This document shows, one piece after another, positions 63,466 to 64,000 of a stretch of 64,000 nucleotides of DNA. The position numbers were made by a program, and so were the translations under genes. The stretch is from the NCBI GenBank assembly GCA_040004125.1, contig JBDUBL010000002.1:5338-69337 (forward strand), given 5' to 3'. Below the pieces are notes generated by a model that did not search any database, had not been told where the DNA came from, and was given only the letters and a program-made list of their open reading frames with translations. The stretch comes from Actinomycetota bacterium (lineage in GTDB: Bacteria > Actinomycetota > UBA4738 > HRBIN12). Numbering within the stretch: the first letter of the stretch is position 1; every line of letters begins with the position of its first letter.

Positions 63466-63540
63466 TCGGAGAGAGGGGCTCCACCCCTGCGTTCGACCGA
63501 TCCGAGCGCGAGGTTCGCGCCAAGTTGTTGCGATGGTGTG

Positions 63541-63990
63541 TCAGTCCTCGTCGAGGGTATCGAGCTCCGAGAGACGTCGATCCACCTCCGCATCGGCCAT
63601 TCGCACCCCCCGGCGTGAGCCGGTGAGCGCGAGGAGGAAGTCCTCTCGCTCGAGGGCGAACAGTTCGACGTCGGTCTCGGCTACGACGTCGGCAGTACGG
63701 GGGACGTCGCGGAGCAGGGCGATCTCGCCAACGTACCCGCCCCGGCCGTGTCGGGCGACCTCGTGCCCGTTCACGCGGACGACGACCTCGCCGCCGGCCA
63801 CGATGTAGAAGCGCTCCCCCACCTCCCCGCGACGGATGACGAGTTCCCCCTCGGCGACCCGTACCGGCTGGAGAAGCGCCAGGATCCGCTCGAGCCGAGG
63901 CTGCGACAGCAACCCGAACATCGGGATAGACCGCAGCAGCGCCAGCCGTTCGGGATCGGGGAGCACCGCGCGACGGTCGAGCGAACGCAA
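63541..63990 (-). CDS. Cyclic-nucleotide-binding domain protein (N-terminus may be cut by or lie near the window edge)
   Basis: cNMP-binding motifs GEVGERFYIV and VGEIALLRDVPRTADVVA. The ORF start is 10 nt from the window end, so the 5' boundary is uncertain. Confidence 0.65.
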   Translation of the reverse strand: MRSLDRRAVLPDPERLALLRSIPMFGLLSQPRLERILALLQPVRVAEGELVIRRGEVGERFYIVAGGEVVVRVNGHEVARHGRGGYVGEIALLRDVPRTADVVAETDVELFALEREDFLLALTGSRRGVRMADAEVDRRLSELDTLDED

Positions 63991-64000
63991 CGCGGGCAGC

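Noticed and set aside
1-64000. Mobile genetic element, prophage or genomic island boundaries.
   Set aside because: No integrase, transposase, recombinase or phage structural genes are present, and I saw no flanking direct repeats. Slightly lower-GC genes (proX, potD-like, phosphoesterase, kamA-like) encode ordinary exported or metabolic proteins and are embedded in coupled operons.

Overview
Visibly high-G+C, very compact bacterial chromosomal segment. I call about 57 protein-coding genes, 2 gene remnants and a few hairpins and inverted repeats. Most junctions are 0-15 nt or overlapping. I found no rRNA, tRNA, CRISPR array, integrase or transposase. The gene content suggests an aerobic Actinomycetota-type organism: an F420-type LLM oxidoreductase, a TetR/MMPL pair, a DUF3054-like protein, Tat-signal lipoproteins and frequent GTG starts. 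The SLH-like repeats point to a deep-branching lineage, which is inference only.

Content from left to right:
- 0.1-14.2 kb: osmolyte/quaternary-amine island. It holds an MttB-superfamily methyltransferase, RACo-like corrinoid activase, pterin-binding methyltransferase, small unknown protein, corrinoid protein, dimethylglycine-oxidase homologue, ProXWV-type betaine ABC importer and divergent betA.
- 14.2-18.0 kb: crotonase, ADP-forming acyl-CoA synthetase and EamA operon.
- 18.2-29 kb: Pot-type (polyamine-like) ABC transporter, a second orphan binding protein, redox and hydrolase genes, and a PuuB-like FAD oxidoreductase.
- 29-34.5 kb: small redox and membrane genes, LLM oxidoreductase, MMPL/TetR pair.
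- 34.6-43.3 kb: two paralogous PAS/GAF-GGDEF-EAL proteins bracketing a DEAD-box helicase, a class-I-type phosphoribulokinase and a transketolase.
- 43.4-45.3 kb: KamA-family radical-SAM aminomutase.
- 45.9-53.1 kb: tightly coupled operon of MoaB-XdhC fusion, SAM methyltransferase, sulfatase, phosphoesterase and anchored secreted protein, plus flavodoxin-like gene and moaA.
- 53.1-60.7 kb: S9 peptidase coupled to a HemK-like methyltransferase, an orphan GroES-like gene, and an M20 deacylase / membrane-anchored ATP-grasp ligase / C45-like hydrolase / YjbQ operon.
- 60.9-64 kb: hypotheticals, SLH-like NlpC/P60 hydrolase, thioesterase, cNMP-binding protein.

Best candidates for an undescribed system:
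1. The corrinoid-dependent demethylation module, apparently co-transcribed with an O2-type dimethylglycine oxidase.
2. The M20 / ATP-grasp / C45 / YjbQ cassette.

All functional calls rest on by-eye motif and family recognition. No database search was run.
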